Shown piece after piece: positions 33,429-45,271 of a stretch of DNA of 64,000 nucleotides. Numbering within the stretch: position 1 is the stretch's first letter; every line of letters starts with the position of its first letter. This DNA is from Longimicrobiales bacterium (GTDB lineage: Bacteria; Gemmatimonadota; Gemmatimonadetes; Longimicrobiales; Gaopeijiaceae). The stretch covers positions 352,001 to 416,000 of the forward strand of contig CBDCNQ010000005.1 in assembly GCA_965219445.1 (NCBI GenBank), written 5' to 3'. The notes under the pieces were generated by a model. That model worked only from the letters and a program-made list of their open reading frames with translations. It made no database searches and was not told where the DNA came from. The position numbers and the translations under genes were made by a program.

Positions 33429-33560
33429 CGAGACGCGGGCGTAGCCGATCAGCATGTGTTGTAAACGGTCGTTTGCGACACGCTGGCAATGGCGCCGTCC
33501 AGCGAGCGCCGCCGTGTGTCGTATCCCGTGTCTGATTCTATGTCTTGCAGACGTCAAGCG
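33429..33560 (-). mobile_element. Serine resolvase 5' stub with a res-like site
   Basis: MLIGYARVS (ATG 33455) preceded by the imperfect palindrome TGTCGCAAACGACCGTTTACAACA. Confidence 0.6.
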
Positions 33561-33702
33561 CGTGTGACAGTGCCGTTCGCTTCTACGTCCGCCGCCGCAG
33601 ATCCTTACTGGGATAGTAACAGCCCCACAAAAACAGCACCAAAATCGGCCCACGGTGCACATTCATTATGATTGCTGTACGTTGCGAAGAAAGGAATCCC
33701 CG

Positions 33703-34470
33703 ATGAATGATATGCGTCGAGTCCACGCCGAACAACTGATGTCGTCGCTAGAGCTGTCACTGCCCCCGGTGGCCATCGCGTTCTGTGACGTCGTGCCGGA
33801 CGACGTGCCGATGTTTGAGGGGGTGGTTCCCGCAGGATGCGCGTTCTGGCCGCAGGCCACGGCGCGCACCTTCGCGACAGCAGCCCGTGACCACGCCCTG
33901 TGCGCGATTGGCATCCACACGCACAATCTCTCGGGCGCGGCGGCCTCGCAGCCGGATGAGTTGCAAGCCTCCCTCAAGGCCATGATGGGACTCGATTACG
34001 TACGCGAGGAAGAAATCGCCGCCATTCCGGTCATGCAGGACAAGCTGGCCCATGCGCTCTACGGTCCGCTCGCGGACTTCCCGGTCCAGCCCGAGGTCGT
34101 CCTGGTGTTCGCCCACGCGCAACACGGGCTCATCCTGAGTGAGGCCGTCGCGCGCGTCGATGGCGGCACACCGCCGGCGATGGGGCGACCGGCGTGTGCC
34201 ATCGTCCCTCACGTGCTCAATCAGCGGCGCGCGGCCATGAGCCTAGGGTGCTGCGGCGCGCGTGCCTACCTCGATGCGTTGACGGACGATGTGGCGCTAT
34301 GGGCTCTGCCGGCACATTGCCTCGACCAGTACTGTGAGCAGATTGCCGCATTCGCTGATGCGAACAGGACGCTCACGGCGTTTCATGAGCGTCGGCGGCA
34401 GGATGTCGAGTCTGGCCAGAGACCGACGGTCCAACAGTCGCTCGAGCGGCTGTCGGAGCCAGCGCCGTAA
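33703..34470 (+). CDS. DUF169-family protein
   Basis: PVAIAF, GCAFW, CAIG, PEVVLVF, PACA, SLGCCGAR. Confidence 0.8.
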   Translation: MNDMRRVHAEQLMSSLELSLPPVAIAFCDVVPDDVPMFEGVVPAGCAFWPQATARTFATAARDHALCAIGIHTHNLSGAAASQPDELQASLKAMMGLDYVREEEIAAIPVMQDKLAHALYGPLADFPVQPEVVLVFAHAQHGLILSEAVARVDGGTPPAMGRPACAIVPHVLNQRRAAMSLGCCGARAYLDALTDDVALWALPAHCLDQYCEQIAAFADANRTLTAFHERRRQDVESGQRPTVQQSLERLSEPAP

Positions 34471-34759
34471 CTGCCGTCCGCTCACCAGGACGCCGCCACG
34501 CTGGCCCCGATGCACGCCGAGCCCGCCGCGGTGTGCAAGACGACCTCCGCGCCGAGGGGGCGGTACACGCCGAGCGTGTCGCCAGCAAACGACGACGAGA
34601 CCGTGACCGCCGTGGTCAGCACGCTCCTGACCCTAGCTCTACTTCTTGATGTGGCCCGGCTTGCTGGTGGGCCGGGACGACTAGTGCGTTTTCACGGTGC
34701 TGTAGTGACTCGTAACCGCTATTGAAGCTCTGCACGTGAGCGTCTATGACCCCTCGACC

Positions 34760-35000
34760 GACGATCACCAGCCAATCGAATAGGCGGCGGATGGCGGCCA
34801 GATGCTGCTTGATCGTGGGGGCACGATACCCGCCTTGCATTTCTTCGATGTAGGTGGCCACCGCGACCGGCGAAATCTGTGCGAGCTCGAGCCCGCGCGC
34901 GTCGCACCAAGCGAAGAATCGCGTCACAGCCGCGCCGTACGCCGCGCGCGTATGCGGGTTGCGGATCTGGGCCGTGAAAAACTCAACCGTCCGCTCCGTG
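34760..35000 (-). pseudogene. Plasmid-type tyrosine recombinase N-terminal fragment
   Basis: EFFTAQIRNPHTRAAY...APTIKQHLAAIRRLFDWLV. Confidence 0.8.
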
Positions 35001-35002
35001 GC

Positions 35003-35239
35003 TTACCGCTGTCGTTCCTTAAGGATCCGTTCCAGCGCTTCCACGCCGAGCGCCTGAAGACTGGTGTCCTCGTCGAGGGAGAGCTGTCGCAGTTGCCGGT
35101 GTAGTTTTGGCTGGAGTCGGAGCAACACTCCTTTCATCGCTCCAGTGTTAGCGGACGGTGCCATCTTCTCGCGCGGGCGCTTGTCAGCGCGCGCCGCGCC
35201 ATGCACTGCGTCGGCAAGACTGGATTTACGCTTCACCAT
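35003..35239 (-). CDS. Ribbon-helix-helix partition protein (ParG-like)
   Basis: GVLLRLQPKLHRQLRQLSLDEDTSLQALGVEAL, directly downstream of parA. Confidence 0.7.
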   Translation of the reverse strand: MVKRKSSLADAVHGAARADKRPREKMAPSANTGAMKGVLLRLQPKLHRQLRQLSLDEDTSLQALGVEALERILKERQR

Positions 35240-35460
35240 TGGTCTCGGCTCCGTGTCCATTCAAAGAGTTCATTGATCTCGGCGGCGGCCTTCCCGCTTG
35301 GCGCAGACTCAGACGCGGACAATCCGGCTGTGAAGGCATGGACGTGCTCGATTCTCTGATGCACGATGATGGGGCAGGCCTTCACACCGTAACCAGCGAT
35401 GGCTGTCAGAGCTTGGTCCGTGAGCTGGTTGGCGACTGGCGCCGCGTTGATGACCACAGC
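35233..35460 (-). pseudogene. parA: ParA-family ATPase C-terminal fragment
   Basis: VVINAAP...HQRIEHVHAFTAGLSASESAPSGKAAAEI; 5' end replaced by IS3 remnant. Confidence 0.75.
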
Positions 35461-35461
35461 G

Positions 35462-35597
35462 CCGCCTGCGGCGGCTTTCCCCCGGCCCCTGAGGCGATTA
35501 AGCCATCGCCCTGGTTCCTGAGGATGCCCGTCCTTCACGGCCCTCCGCAGGTGCTGGGACTAACATAGGATGTGGTACCGCTCTTGGGGGCAGGTCA
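35462..35597 (+). mobile_element. IS3-family right-end remnant
   Basis: Near-identical to 30155-30280; ends GGGGGCAGGTCA. Confidence 0.8.
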
Positions 35598-36123
35598 CTG
35601 CCAATGGCACAAGCGAGAGAATGTGGTCTCGTACCTGCTACGCACCGAGCAGAAGGCCTGGCGTGGACGTCTGCAGCGAGCCTACGAGCGGCCCACCTAC
35701 GAGGAGGCGAAGCGGGACCTGAAAGCGATGCGGGCTGAGCTGGACGAGCTCAACCAGTCGGCGGTTGCAAGCCTGGACGAAGGGCTCGAGGAGACGTTGA
35801 CCCTGCATCGACTCGGCGTGTTCCCGCTGGTTGGCCGTTCGCTGAAGACGACCAACGTTCTCGAATCCGTGAACGCTCAAGCCGAACAGCGCTGTGGGAG
35901 AGTCGACCGATGGAGAAACTCGAACCATAAGCAGCGCTGGCTCGCCGCCGCGCTCATCGACATCGAGCCTCGGCTCAGGAGGCTACTCGGCTATCGCCAC
36001 CTCCCGTCGCTCCGTGCCGCGATTCAGAAGGAACTCGGGATCATCCATCCCGATAGCCAGACTCATGCCGCAGCCTGAGCGTCCGGAGGTCACTCGAGTT
36101 TCAACTAGCTTTGGGATTGACTC
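35598..36123 (+). mobile_element. IS256-family 3' fragment
   Basis: CQWHKRENV, SLDEGLEETLTLHRLG, TTNVLES; terminal TTCAACTAGCTTTGGGATTGACTC. Confidence 0.85.
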
Positions 36124-36199
36124 ATCAGAGTCGACCGGGAAGGTTAAAGGAACTGTCAGGCGTCATTGCTCAAGCTCACCTCCACCGATTTGACGCTCA

Positions 36200-36340
36200 A
36201 GATCCCATCGAGTTCGGATCTCGCGGGGGTTTGAGATCCTCAGCAAGATAGACGGTCGCCATGCCACCTTCGCCAATCTGGCGTTCAAGGCGGTAGCGGC
36301 CTTCCAGAGCTGAATCCAGCCGGGCAAGCGGATCGGACAT
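36200..36340 (-). pseudogene. Ser/Thr kinase 5' stub
   Basis: MSDPLARLDSALEGRYRLERQIGEGGMATVYLAEDLK, then diverges. Confidence 0.85.
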
Positions 36341-36436
36341 CAAGAAGACCTCGGGTCGAAGGGGTACCGCGAGGGATCATCCGATGGACTACATCATTCT
36401 GTGCGGAAGGGAGTTATCGCAAGCCGCTCCGTCTCT

Positions 36437-36520
36437 GGCCATCCCGCCCTCGCCAAGCTCACGCTCGACGCGGTAGCGGCCTTCGAGGGCAGCGTTCAGG
36501 CGGGTGATGGGGTCGGTCAT
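36437..36520 (-). pseudogene. Ser/Thr kinase 5' stub
   Basis: MTDPITRLNAALEGRYRVERELGEGGMA, then diverges. Confidence 0.85.
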
Positions 36521-36615
36521 GGCAGATTTCTAAAGTCGTTCCCGTCCACAAAGTGGGGCTCGAACTCCCCACGCCCGGACAAGCTGTAAGCACGAACTTC
36601 GACGCGGTCTTCTGC

Positions 36616-38193
36616 TTACGGTTCGTCGGCTTTCACCAACTCCTCTACCTCAACAACCTTCGTCTCCGTGGGTTCCGACCGGGCCGAATTGCGGATGATT
36701 TTGCCCAACACTGCCGGCAACTCAATGCCCGCCTGCTCGGCCAGCTCGTGGATCGCCGGCAGCGACCCGATCAAGCTCGACAGAAAATCGGCCGTCCCAC
36801 CGCCGTGCTTCGATCCACGACCACCGTTCCCCGAATCCCACACAGTGATCTTGTCGATCTTGAGGTTCTGAATCGCCTTCACCTGCTCGGCGACCAAGGT
36901 AGGAAGCTGCTCGATCATGAGCAGAGTCGGAGCGATCTGCGGATTCCCGGCGCAGGCCTCGACCAGTCTCTGGTACCCCGCGGCCTTGGCCTCCAACACC
37001 TTTTGCGTACCCTCCGCCTCGGCCACGAATTTGGCCAGCATCGCGTCGGCCTCACCGCGCGCCTCGCGCCGCAGTTGCTCCGCAGTCGCCTCGGCCTCGA
37101 TCTCGACCCGCTGTTTCTCGATCTCCTGAGGCGCCAGTTCGTCTTTGCTCAAGCGGGCGATCTCCTGCTCGCGCTGAGCCCCGAAGATCGCCTCGTCCGC
37201 CTGTGCGGCCGCGATCTCAGCCCTGCGCTTCGCCTCGGCCCGCACCTCTGCGAGCTGGGCGTTTGAGTTCGCGATCTCTCCCTGTGACGAGTTCTCGCCC
37301 TGAACCGCCGTCGACTCCGCCGCGGCAACCTGCACCCGCTGCTCCTGCTCCGCGTTCTTCTTAGCGGCGATGGTCTCGGCTTCCCGCTCGGCGGTTGCGA
37401 TCTCGTAGTCGCGCTTCGACTTCACCTCGCCCTCAATCGCGGTCGCCTCCAGCGCAGCCACGCGCACCCGCTGATCGCGCTGGGCATCCTTCTGCCCGGT
37501 AGCGCCGTCGCGATCCTGCTGGGCGACCTCCACCTTGGCGCGATTGATCGCCTCCGCCGCCGCACGTTGCCCGATGGCTTCGATGTAGCCACTCTCGTCG
37601 GTGATGTCACGGACGTTCACGTTGATCAGCGCGAGCCCCACCTTGTTGATCTCCTCGGCTACGTTCGTGTTGATGAGATTCATGAACTTCTCGCGGTCCT
37701 TGTTAATCTCTTCGATCGACAGGGTCGCAATGACCAGCCGCAACTGACCCAGAATGATGTCCTGGGCTTGCTCGCGAATCTGGTTCTCATCCAGGTGCAG
37801 TAGTCTTTCCGCTGCTGAGTTCATGAGCACCGGGTCGGTGGAAATGCCCACCGTGAACGTCGAGGGAACGTTCACCCGGATGTTGTTGAGCGACAGCGCT
37901 CCTTCCAGGGGGATATCGATGACCAGCGGCTCGAGAGGCAAGAACGCGTAGTCCTGCAACAGCGGGATTATGAACTTGCCGCCGCCGTGGAGGCACTGTG
38001 CCGCCTGTGCGCCCGCGACCCTCCCATAGATGACCAGGATCCTGTTGGAAGGACAGCGCTTGTATTGCTTCACCAAGAACGAGATGCCGAAGAAGAGGAT
38101 AAGCAGACCCCCACCTATCAAGCCGAGCCACACCCTCGAATCGCCCTCGAACGCGCCCACTTGGAGGAGTGCCACCGTGGCGAACAGGAACAT
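36616..38193 (-). CDS. Flotillin/SPFH-domain protein
   Basis: YKRCPSNRILVIYG, SPFH core, AEA-rich coiled coil, KIDKITVWD. Confidence 0.92.
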   Translation of the reverse strand: MFLFATVALLQVGAFEGDSRVWLGLIGGGLLILFFGISFLVKQYKRCPSNRILVIYGRVAGAQAAQCLHGGGKFIIPLLQDYAFLPLEPLVIDIPLEGALSLNNIRVNVPSTFTVGISTDPVLMNSAAERLLHLDENQIREQAQDIILGQLRLVIATLSIEEINKDREKFMNLINTNVAEEINKVGLALINVNVRDITDESGYIEAIGQRAAAEAINRAKVEVAQQDRDGATGQKDAQRDQRVRVAALEATAIEGEVKSKRDYEIATAEREAETIAAKKNAEQEQRVQVAAAESTAVQGENSSQGEIANSNAQLAEVRAEAKRRAEIAAAQADEAIFGAQREQEIARLSKDELAPQEIEKQRVEIEAEATAEQLRREARGEADAMLAKFVAEAEGTQKVLEAKAAGYQRLVEACAGNPQIAPTLLMIEQLPTLVAEQVKAIQNLKIDKITVWDSGNGGRGSKHGGGTADFLSSLIGSLPAIHELAEQAGIELPAVLGKIIRNSARSEPTETKVVEVEELVKADEP

Positions 38194-38214
38194 CGTGTTA
38201 TCCCCCTCTGGAGT

Positions 38215-38820
38215 TCATGCCTTCGTTACTGTTACTGAGTTGTCCTCATTTATGCTCACGACGCGGACCTTCTCGCTCCGGGGCAGTGCCTCGCCCTCCG
38301 TGATCGCTTTGTAGAACCGTTGGCGGTCGTCGATCAGGACACGCACGCGCCCCTTCCCGAGACCCTTGGCGGGGATCTTCGCGTACACCGTGCCCTCCGC
38401 CTCCAGGGTCTGGTATATGGGCACGTTGCCGCTGCTCTGGAGGCCATACATGGCCGTGAGCAATTTCGCGAGGAACCAAACCATGCCCGTTCCACACGCC
38501 ACCGCGAAGACGACGCTGATCGTGCCCCCCCAGCCTCCGCCGCGGAACGCACCCAGCCCTCCCCAGCCAAAGCCCATCAGAAAAGCAGCGATCGCCTGGA
38601 CGGACAGGACCTTGAAGGCGTACGAGGACTCGCCGGTATCTACGTCGATATCGGCTCCCGCATCGATATCTACATCGACATCGAAGTCCACATCGACGTC
38701 CACGCCCGTATCGGCACCCCCGACGAGCATGAGGAGCGTACGCAAGGAGAAGAACACGGTGCCGGCAATCGCTGGCACGGTGAACCAGATGGCGACGGGA
38801 CCGAAGAACAGCTCCTGCAT
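38215..38820 (-). CDS. NfeD-like membrane protein (flotillin partner)
   Basis: TM helices, Asp-rich linker, C-terminal OB-fold GTVY..IP..G.G.V; upstream of flotillin. Confidence 0.85.
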   Translation of the reverse strand: MQELFFGPVAIWFTVPAIAGTVFFSLRTLLMLVGGADTGVDVDVDFDVDVDIDAGADIDVDTGESSYAFKVLSVQAIAAFLMGFGWGGLGAFRGGGWGGTISVVFAVACGTGMVWFLAKLLTAMYGLQSSGNVPIYQTLEAEGTVYAKIPAKGLGKGRVRVLIDDRQRFYKAITEGEALPRSEKVRVVSINEDNSVTVTKA

Positions 38821-39022
38821 ACGGCTTCCATCTCGGGGGGTGGCGGTTACTGGAGGATACGCGGAGGCCGTGATCCGCCTTCAGAGCATCACATTAGTCG
38901 TCCCCCGAGGGAGCCGCAACCAACGCTGGGCTGCCTTGCCGCCTCTCTCAGTTCACGCGGGATCCCAACGGGGCTTCAAGGCCGAACGCAGTGTGATGCG
39001 GCGAGCCTGTCCGAGGGGACTG

Positions 39023-40293
39023 TGATCTGACCCCCTAAAACGAGACCAAGTCCAGTTTTAGAATTCTGGACGGGTCGAGACAAGGAAAAGGAGGTCAGGA
39101 TGGCAGCGCCAAAGAACCTGAGTGCGGGACAAATTATCAACCAACTGCGCAGGACGGAAGTGGCCCTGGCGAACGGGAAGAGGGTCAAGCAAGTGTGCCG
39201 GGAGCTGGGGGTGAGCGAGCAAACGTACTACCGGTGGCGCAAAGAGTACGGGGGAATGAAGGTGAGCCAGGCGAAGCGGCTCAAGGAGTTCGAGAAGCAA
39301 AACCAGCGACTGAAGCAGGCGGTGGCGGATCTGACGGTGGACAACATGATTTTGAAGGAGGCGTCCAAGGGAAACTTCTGAGCCCCGAGCGGCGCAGGCG
39401 GTGCGTGGTGCACGTGCGGCAGCGGCTTGGGGTGAGCGAAAGAAAAGCGTGCCGGGTGCTGGGACAGGCGCGCTCGACGCAGCGTCGGATCCCGAAGTGC
39501 AGGGAGGACGAAGAGGCCCTGAGGCAGGACGTGGTGAAGGTGGCTCGCAGGTTCGGACGCTACGGGTACCGGATGGTGACGGGGATGCTGAGGACCGAGG
39601 GCTGGGCAGTGAACCACAAGCGGGTGGAGCGGATCTGGAGACAGGAGGGGCTTAAGGTGCCGAGCAAGCAGCCGAAACGGGGCCGCCCGTGGTTTACGGA
39701 CGGCTCCTGTATCCGACTGCGGCCCTTGTACCAACATCACGTATGGGCGTATGACTTCGTGTCCGACCGGACCCACGACGGACGGCCACTGAAGATGCTG
39801 ACGGTCCTGGACGAGTACAGCCGCGAGTGCGAGTGCCTGGCGATCGTGGTGGCCCGTAGGCTTCAGTCGGACGATGTCCTGCAGACGCTGAGCGAGTTGT
39901 TCGTTGAGCATGGCCCACCGGCGAACCTGCGCTCCGACAACGGTCCGGAGTTCACGGCCCGAGTGGTTCGGCAGTGGCTTGGAGGGTTGGGTGTGAAGAC
40001 GCTGTTCATCGCACCCGGCAGCCCCTGGGAGAACGGCTACAATGAGAGCTTCAACGGCACGTTCGGGCAGGAGCCGTTGAGGCGCGAGATCTTCTGTTCG
40101 CTGCAGGAGGCGAAGGTGCTGATCGAGCAGTGGCGCCGTGAATACAACACCGTCCGACCCCACAGCTCTCTGGGCTATCTACCCCCCGCTCCTGAAGCCA
40201 TTCTGCCCGACCCGAAGCTGCTCAACCTCACCCCAGGCAAAATGAGGCGGTTGGACTAACACTCTAGGTGGTGCCACTCTTGGGGGTAGGTCA
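39023..40293 (+). mobile_element. Full-length IS3-family element: orfA 39100-39381, orfB to 40259
   Basis: IRL TGATCTGACCCCC, IRR GGGGGTAGGTCA; GGGAAAC frameshift site; [21 protein letters not shown]. Confidence 0.95.
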
Positions 40294-40590
40294 CCACCTC
40301 GGTCCGGGTGCCGACCGGCACGGCTTCGATGCGCGACCACTCGGACAGGGTCCGGGCAGCCGGCCGCCGTTGCGCCGCCTGAAGGCTACGGCCCAGAGGC
40401 ACGTAGGTCTGGAAGGGCGTTTGGTGTATACCAGTGCCGACCAGGCCGGCCAAAATGGAAATCCCGGCTGGAACGTACTCACCGGAGGTTCGCACGTCGT
40501 GCAAGAGCCAGCACCATCCAGAACCCAGATGTCAACGACACACGCTTGGCGGTTTCGGCGATTGCGAGCCCGTGTCTCGCTGGTGATCCC

Positions 40591-40980
40591 ATGGTGACAT
40601 GGCGCGCCTGGGGGATCCCAGTGCGATGCGGGGCGGGCATGGTGGCCCTGCAAACCCTCCTCGCGCTCTACCGCTTTGGAGACAGCACGGCCCTGCTGCA
40701 GTTGGTGAATCCGCTGATGTGGATCGGGCTGGGTCTGTTCTTCGTCACGGGCTGGGTCATTGGCTGGGTGGTGGAACGCCTTCTCCGCGGCACGACCGGT
40801 CGGTTCCGCACGCTGCTGCTGGGCGCGACGTTCCTGGCCACCCCCGTGGCGGTCACCGGGAGCCTCGTGGGGGGGCTATTCGGCCCTCCGGGGGTCCTGC
40901 TCTATGGCCTGATCCCGTATCTCCTCCTGGTGGGGATTCCCAGACTGATTGGGGTCGTGTGGACCCGGCATGGCTCCTGA
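40591..40980 (+). CDS. Small multi-TM membrane protein (start uncertain)
   Basis: Hydrophobic ORF; SLVGGLFGP motif resembles SLLAGLLGP in 59290-59679. Confidence 0.55.
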   Translation: MVTWRAWGIPVRCGAGMVALQTLLALYRFGDSTALLQLVNPLMWIGLGLFFVTGWVIGWVVERLLRGTTGRFRTLLLGATFLATPVAVTGSLVGGLFGPPGVLLYGLIPYLLLVGIPRLIGVVWTRHGS

Positions 40981-41289
40981 GCTTCCGGAAGCAGAGTACG
41001 AACAACTCGAGGCGGTGTAGGACCTCCTACCAGTTGGACCGCCCTCCTGATTCTGAACGAACCTGGGCTGGCCGACCGCCGTTTGACGTCGCCGCGTGTC
41101 AAGACGGCCATCTTCCTCTCGCCGCTGGCGCCCTTCTCGCCAGGGAAGAAGCATTGGCTCACCATCGAGTACCAACGTAGCAACACCCTCACCCCCAAAA
41201 GCCCCGAACTCGGCTCAGACGAACTCAAAAAATGGGGGCAGAACTGTAGATAACACAGACAAACAGCACAAAGCCATAGCATTTATGCC

Positions 41290-41598
41290 AAATCATGGGG
41301 GAGGTGGTCCCCCATCACCACCTGGAAGACCCCGGATAGCTGCAGCACGCCAGGCGCGTCAACGGCTCCGCCGTCCTCCGCTCCGCTCCGGCCCTCCGGG
41401 TGACCCCCTGGCCCGCTGCGGCTCGGGTATGGGGTCGGCCAGGACTGCCCGCCCCCGGTCCACGTCCGTCCGGTCCAAGGAGCCGCCGCGGCACTCCTCC
41501 ACGTGCCCCGGAGTCTTTTCATGAACAGTTTACCCAATGTGCTACATTGGGCCTAGCGAGGGGGCCGCTGCGCTCCCCCTTCGAACCCCCGAGCTTCA
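41290..41598 (+). other. Putative oriT region of a mobilisable plasmid remnant
   Basis: Non-coding, hairpin-rich (AGGGGG...CCCCCT), directly upstream of a mobC-like start. Confidence 0.4.
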
Positions 41599-42725
41599 AT
41601 GCCACGTCGCCGTGCTCCCCGTCGCCCAGCCATCGCTCATGCCCGCGTGAGCGCGGCCGAGCTGGCCGCCTGGCAGGCCAAGGCCGCCGCGGCGGGCGTG
41701 ATCGCCTGGGCGCCGGAGGACCAGCCGAGCGACCAGGCCATCGACCGGGTGCTCGACGAGTTTGAGCAGAGCGCCTGGGCCGGGCTGGCCCCGGATCGCT
41801 ACGCATGGGCGGCGGTGCAGCACCGCACGGCCAACGGCAGCGTACACGTGCATGTGCTCGCCGTGCGGTGCGACCTGGAGACTGGCAAGAGCCTCAATAT
41901 CGCGCCGCCGGGCTGGGAGCAGACCTATGGCCCGCCGGTTGAGGCCTGCAACCTCGACAAGGGCTGGAGCCGCCCGGACGATCCGGCGCGCGCCCGGGAT
42001 CAGCAGCCGGGGCACCGCGCCTACCTCAAGGCGGCGGAGCTGCGGGCGGGGATCGCGCATGAGGCCGATCCCCGGGACCAGATCCGGGACTACCTGCTGC
42101 GGGGCGTCGAGCGCGGCACGGTGCAGGACCGGGCCGGCGTCGTCGCCGCCCTGCAGGAGGCGGGCTTCGACGTGCCGCGCCAGGGCAAGCACTACGTGAC
42201 CGCCCACGACCCGGAGAGTGGGACGCGGTGGCGGCTGAAAGGAGCGCTGTACGAGCATGACTTCCAACGCGAACGAGTTGAGCGCCCGGATCCGGCAACG
42301 GATAGACGCCCAGGACCGGAAGCTGGACGAGATCGACGAGCGCAAGCTGCAGGCGTATGGCGAGAGGTGGGACGCCATCGTGAACGACAAGCTGCCTATC
42401 ATCGACGCCGCTATGGAGCAGGTGAACGGGCGGATTCTCGACACACTCCGTCGCACCGAAGCCGAGACGGAGACGGGGCTCGGGCGGCTGCACGGCCTGC
42501 TGCGGGAGCTGGGGGCTGCTGCAGTGACAGTCGAGCCGCGTGCAGCGCCTGCTCGAGACCCAGGAGACCTACCGGCGCGGGATCGCGCAGGAACAGCGCG
42601 CCCTCGACCAGCTGCAGGCGCAGACGTGGGGCGTGTGGCTCCACGAGGAAGCGGACGGGACGCGGTACGTGGTCCTGCCCAGGGGGACGCTCACGAGAGA
42701 AGCAAAGGCCGCAACGCCAAGTTGA
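41599..42725 (+). pseudogene. ColE1-like mobilisation region: MobC 5' end fused by deletion to the relaxase core, with nested MbeB/MobB-like frames (42257 onward; 42540-42725)
   Basis: ARVSAAELAAWQAKAAAAGV joined to WAPEDQP...QHR...HVHVL..RCDLETGKSLN...RLKGALY; TWGV...RYVVLP. Confidence 0.75.
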
Positions 42726-42887
42726 CGGTCCATCGTGCTCAGATTGGCTCTCGACCGTCTTCTCGTAGAGCTATTCTCGACGAGAGCACTCCCCCGCGAA
42801 GGGTCGATCCCGTCCGCCCCGACAGTGGCTAGGCTGCAGCTGGGGGCGTAACCTGCAGTAGTCACGGTGACATGAGGAGACAAGCAA

Positions 42888-45271
42888 TGCATCATCGAAA
42901 GCAGCTTCGAATTCACGGGACGAGCGCACGCCGAACGCTCGAAGCTCTGGTAGTCGCCGTCGCGCTCCTTGGAAGCGGAGATCTTTCCGCCCAGCAGACC
43001 GGGCAGATCGCCGGGCAAGTGACGAGCGAGGACGGCTCGCCCGTAGTCAGGGCCACGATCCGTGTGCCGGGTGAGAACCTGCAGGGAACTACGGCGACCG
43101 ACGGGCGCTTCGTCATCCCCCGCGTGCCTGCCGGCTCCTATGAGGTGGAGATCTACGCGCTGGGCTACGGGGACGCGACCCAGCAGGTGCAGGTATCCGC
43201 GGGCGGCGTGGGAACGTTGAACGTCCAGCTGGAGGTTCGTCCGGTGGAGGTGCTGGGTGTTCAGGTCCACGTTCTCCGCCCCGACCTGCGACACACGGCC
43301 CAGATCGAGGCGGACGCGGTTCGCGAGTCCAATCCACGGGACGTGGGCGATGCGCTGAGGGCGATCGCCGGCGTGGACGCGGTGCGGCGCGGACCCATCG
43401 GACTCGACCCGTCGATCCGGGCGCTCCGCGAAACCCAGGTGGGCACTTACATGAACGGCACGCGCCTCTTCCCGGCCGGCCCGGCCCGCATGGACTCCCC
43501 GCTGACCCACCTGGATCCGAGCGCGATCCAGCACATAGAAGTCGTGAAGGGTCCCTACGCCCTCACCTGGGGGGCCGGGAACATGGCTGCAATCCGCATC
43601 GAGACCCGGTCCGTACCGCCCCAGATCCCGGGAGGGCTTCGCGGCACTCTGTCTGCCGGGTACGACACCAATCTGGAGGCTCAGGAGTATTCGGGAACCC
43701 TGTTCGGCAGCAGCGAGCGCGTGGCCTACTGGGGCCACGGCGTGTGGCGCACCGGGACGGACTACGAGACAGGATCGGGCGACGTGATTCCGGCCGACTT
43801 CGACTCCTGGGAGGCCCGGGGACAGCTCGGCTACCGGACCGGCGACGCCTCCTGGCTGAGCTTCGACATGGGCTACCAGAAGCAGGGCCCGATCGACTAT
43901 CCGGGCCGCCTTCTGAGCGCCAAGTCCTTCAAGACGAACAACCTCGCGGCCGAGTGGGAGCTGGCCCGCGCCCAAGGGCTCCTTCGCAACATCGATCTCC
44001 TGGTCTACCTGAACAGCGTGGACCACCAGATGGACAACACGGACAAGCCGACGCGCATGGCCATGGAGGGACGGGTGCCCCCCTTCGCCCTGGACGTGCT
44101 GGTGGACTCCCATATCGACGTCACTGGGGGCCGGGCCGCCATCGAGTTGGTCTCAGAGGGCGGCTGGGACGTGGAGATCGGGGGTGACGCATACAGCGCG
44201 AAGCGGGACGCGGACCGCTTCATCGACGCCCTGGATCCCAACCAGATGACGCCGCCGCTGTTCCCCTTCCACGACCGGATGTGGCCGGACGCGACGATCA
44301 CCGACGTAGGTCTATGGACCCGGGCGGACCGGCCCCTGGCCAACAGGCTGAGCCTTTCCGCGGCGGTGCGCCTCGACCTCGTCTCCGCGGACGCAAAGGA
44401 CGTGTCCGACACCTTCCTCGACTATGCCGGGGCCACCCGGGCCGACGTGGACGCGTCGGAGACCAATTTCAACGCGGCCGCCACGCTCAGCGCCAACCTG
44501 GGCTCCAACTGGAGCCTTTCGACCGGAGTCGGCTCGGTAGTCCGGACCGCCGACGCCTCCGAGCGCTACGGAGACAGGATTCCGGGCACCAGGGCCCAGC
44601 TCACCACCGAATTCCTGGGCAACCCCCACCTCGATCCCGAGCGAAGCACCCAGGGCGACATCTGGCTCGAAGGCCGCTTTCCCAACCTGAGCCTGGACGC
44701 CAACGTCTTCGCCCGCCGGGTCAGCGACTATATCACCATCGTTCCGAGGGACCCGGCGGAGGTACCCTTCCTGCTCCCACTGACGGGCTCGCTCGGCAAC
44801 ACGAACGTCGTCCAGTATGTGAACGGAGAGGCCGACTTCTGGGGGGTGGAGGCATCCGTCGCCTACCGCTGGAGCGAACGGTTCTCGACAACCGTGGTCG
44901 GCGAGTATCTGCGGGGCGACGACACGGAGCTGGACGAGCCGGCCTTCGGGGTCGCCCCGGTGCAGGGTCGCCTCCGGCTCCGCTACGAAGAGTTGGGGGC
45001 CGGATACTTCCTCGAGAGCCTGGTGACCGCAGTAGGGAAGCAGGACCGCCTGGCTGTGAGCCGGGGCGAGGGCACCCCGACCCCCGGATACGCAACGGTC
45101 GATCTACAGGGCGGATTTCAGCCCTATGTAGGAGTACAAGTCCGTGCCGGGGTAAACAACGCGCTCGACAAGCAGTACTACGACCACCTGAACGCGAAGA
45201 ACCCTTTCTCCCGGACGCCGATTGCCGAGCCGGGCCGCGTCTTCTTCATCCGCTTGACCTATTCGTACTAG
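42888..45271 (+). CDS. TonB-dependent receptor, OprC/copper-receptor-like
   Basis: AGPARMDSPLTH, VVKGPYAL.WG, DHQMDN, YYDHLN, EPGR. Confidence 0.85.

Noticed and set aside
38640..38715. DVDxD-coding micro-repeats in the NfeD-like gene
   Set aside because: An ordinary Asp-rich low-complexity linker of this family
39023..40293. Target-site duplications around the full-length IS3 copies
   Set aside because: The flanks do not match convincingly
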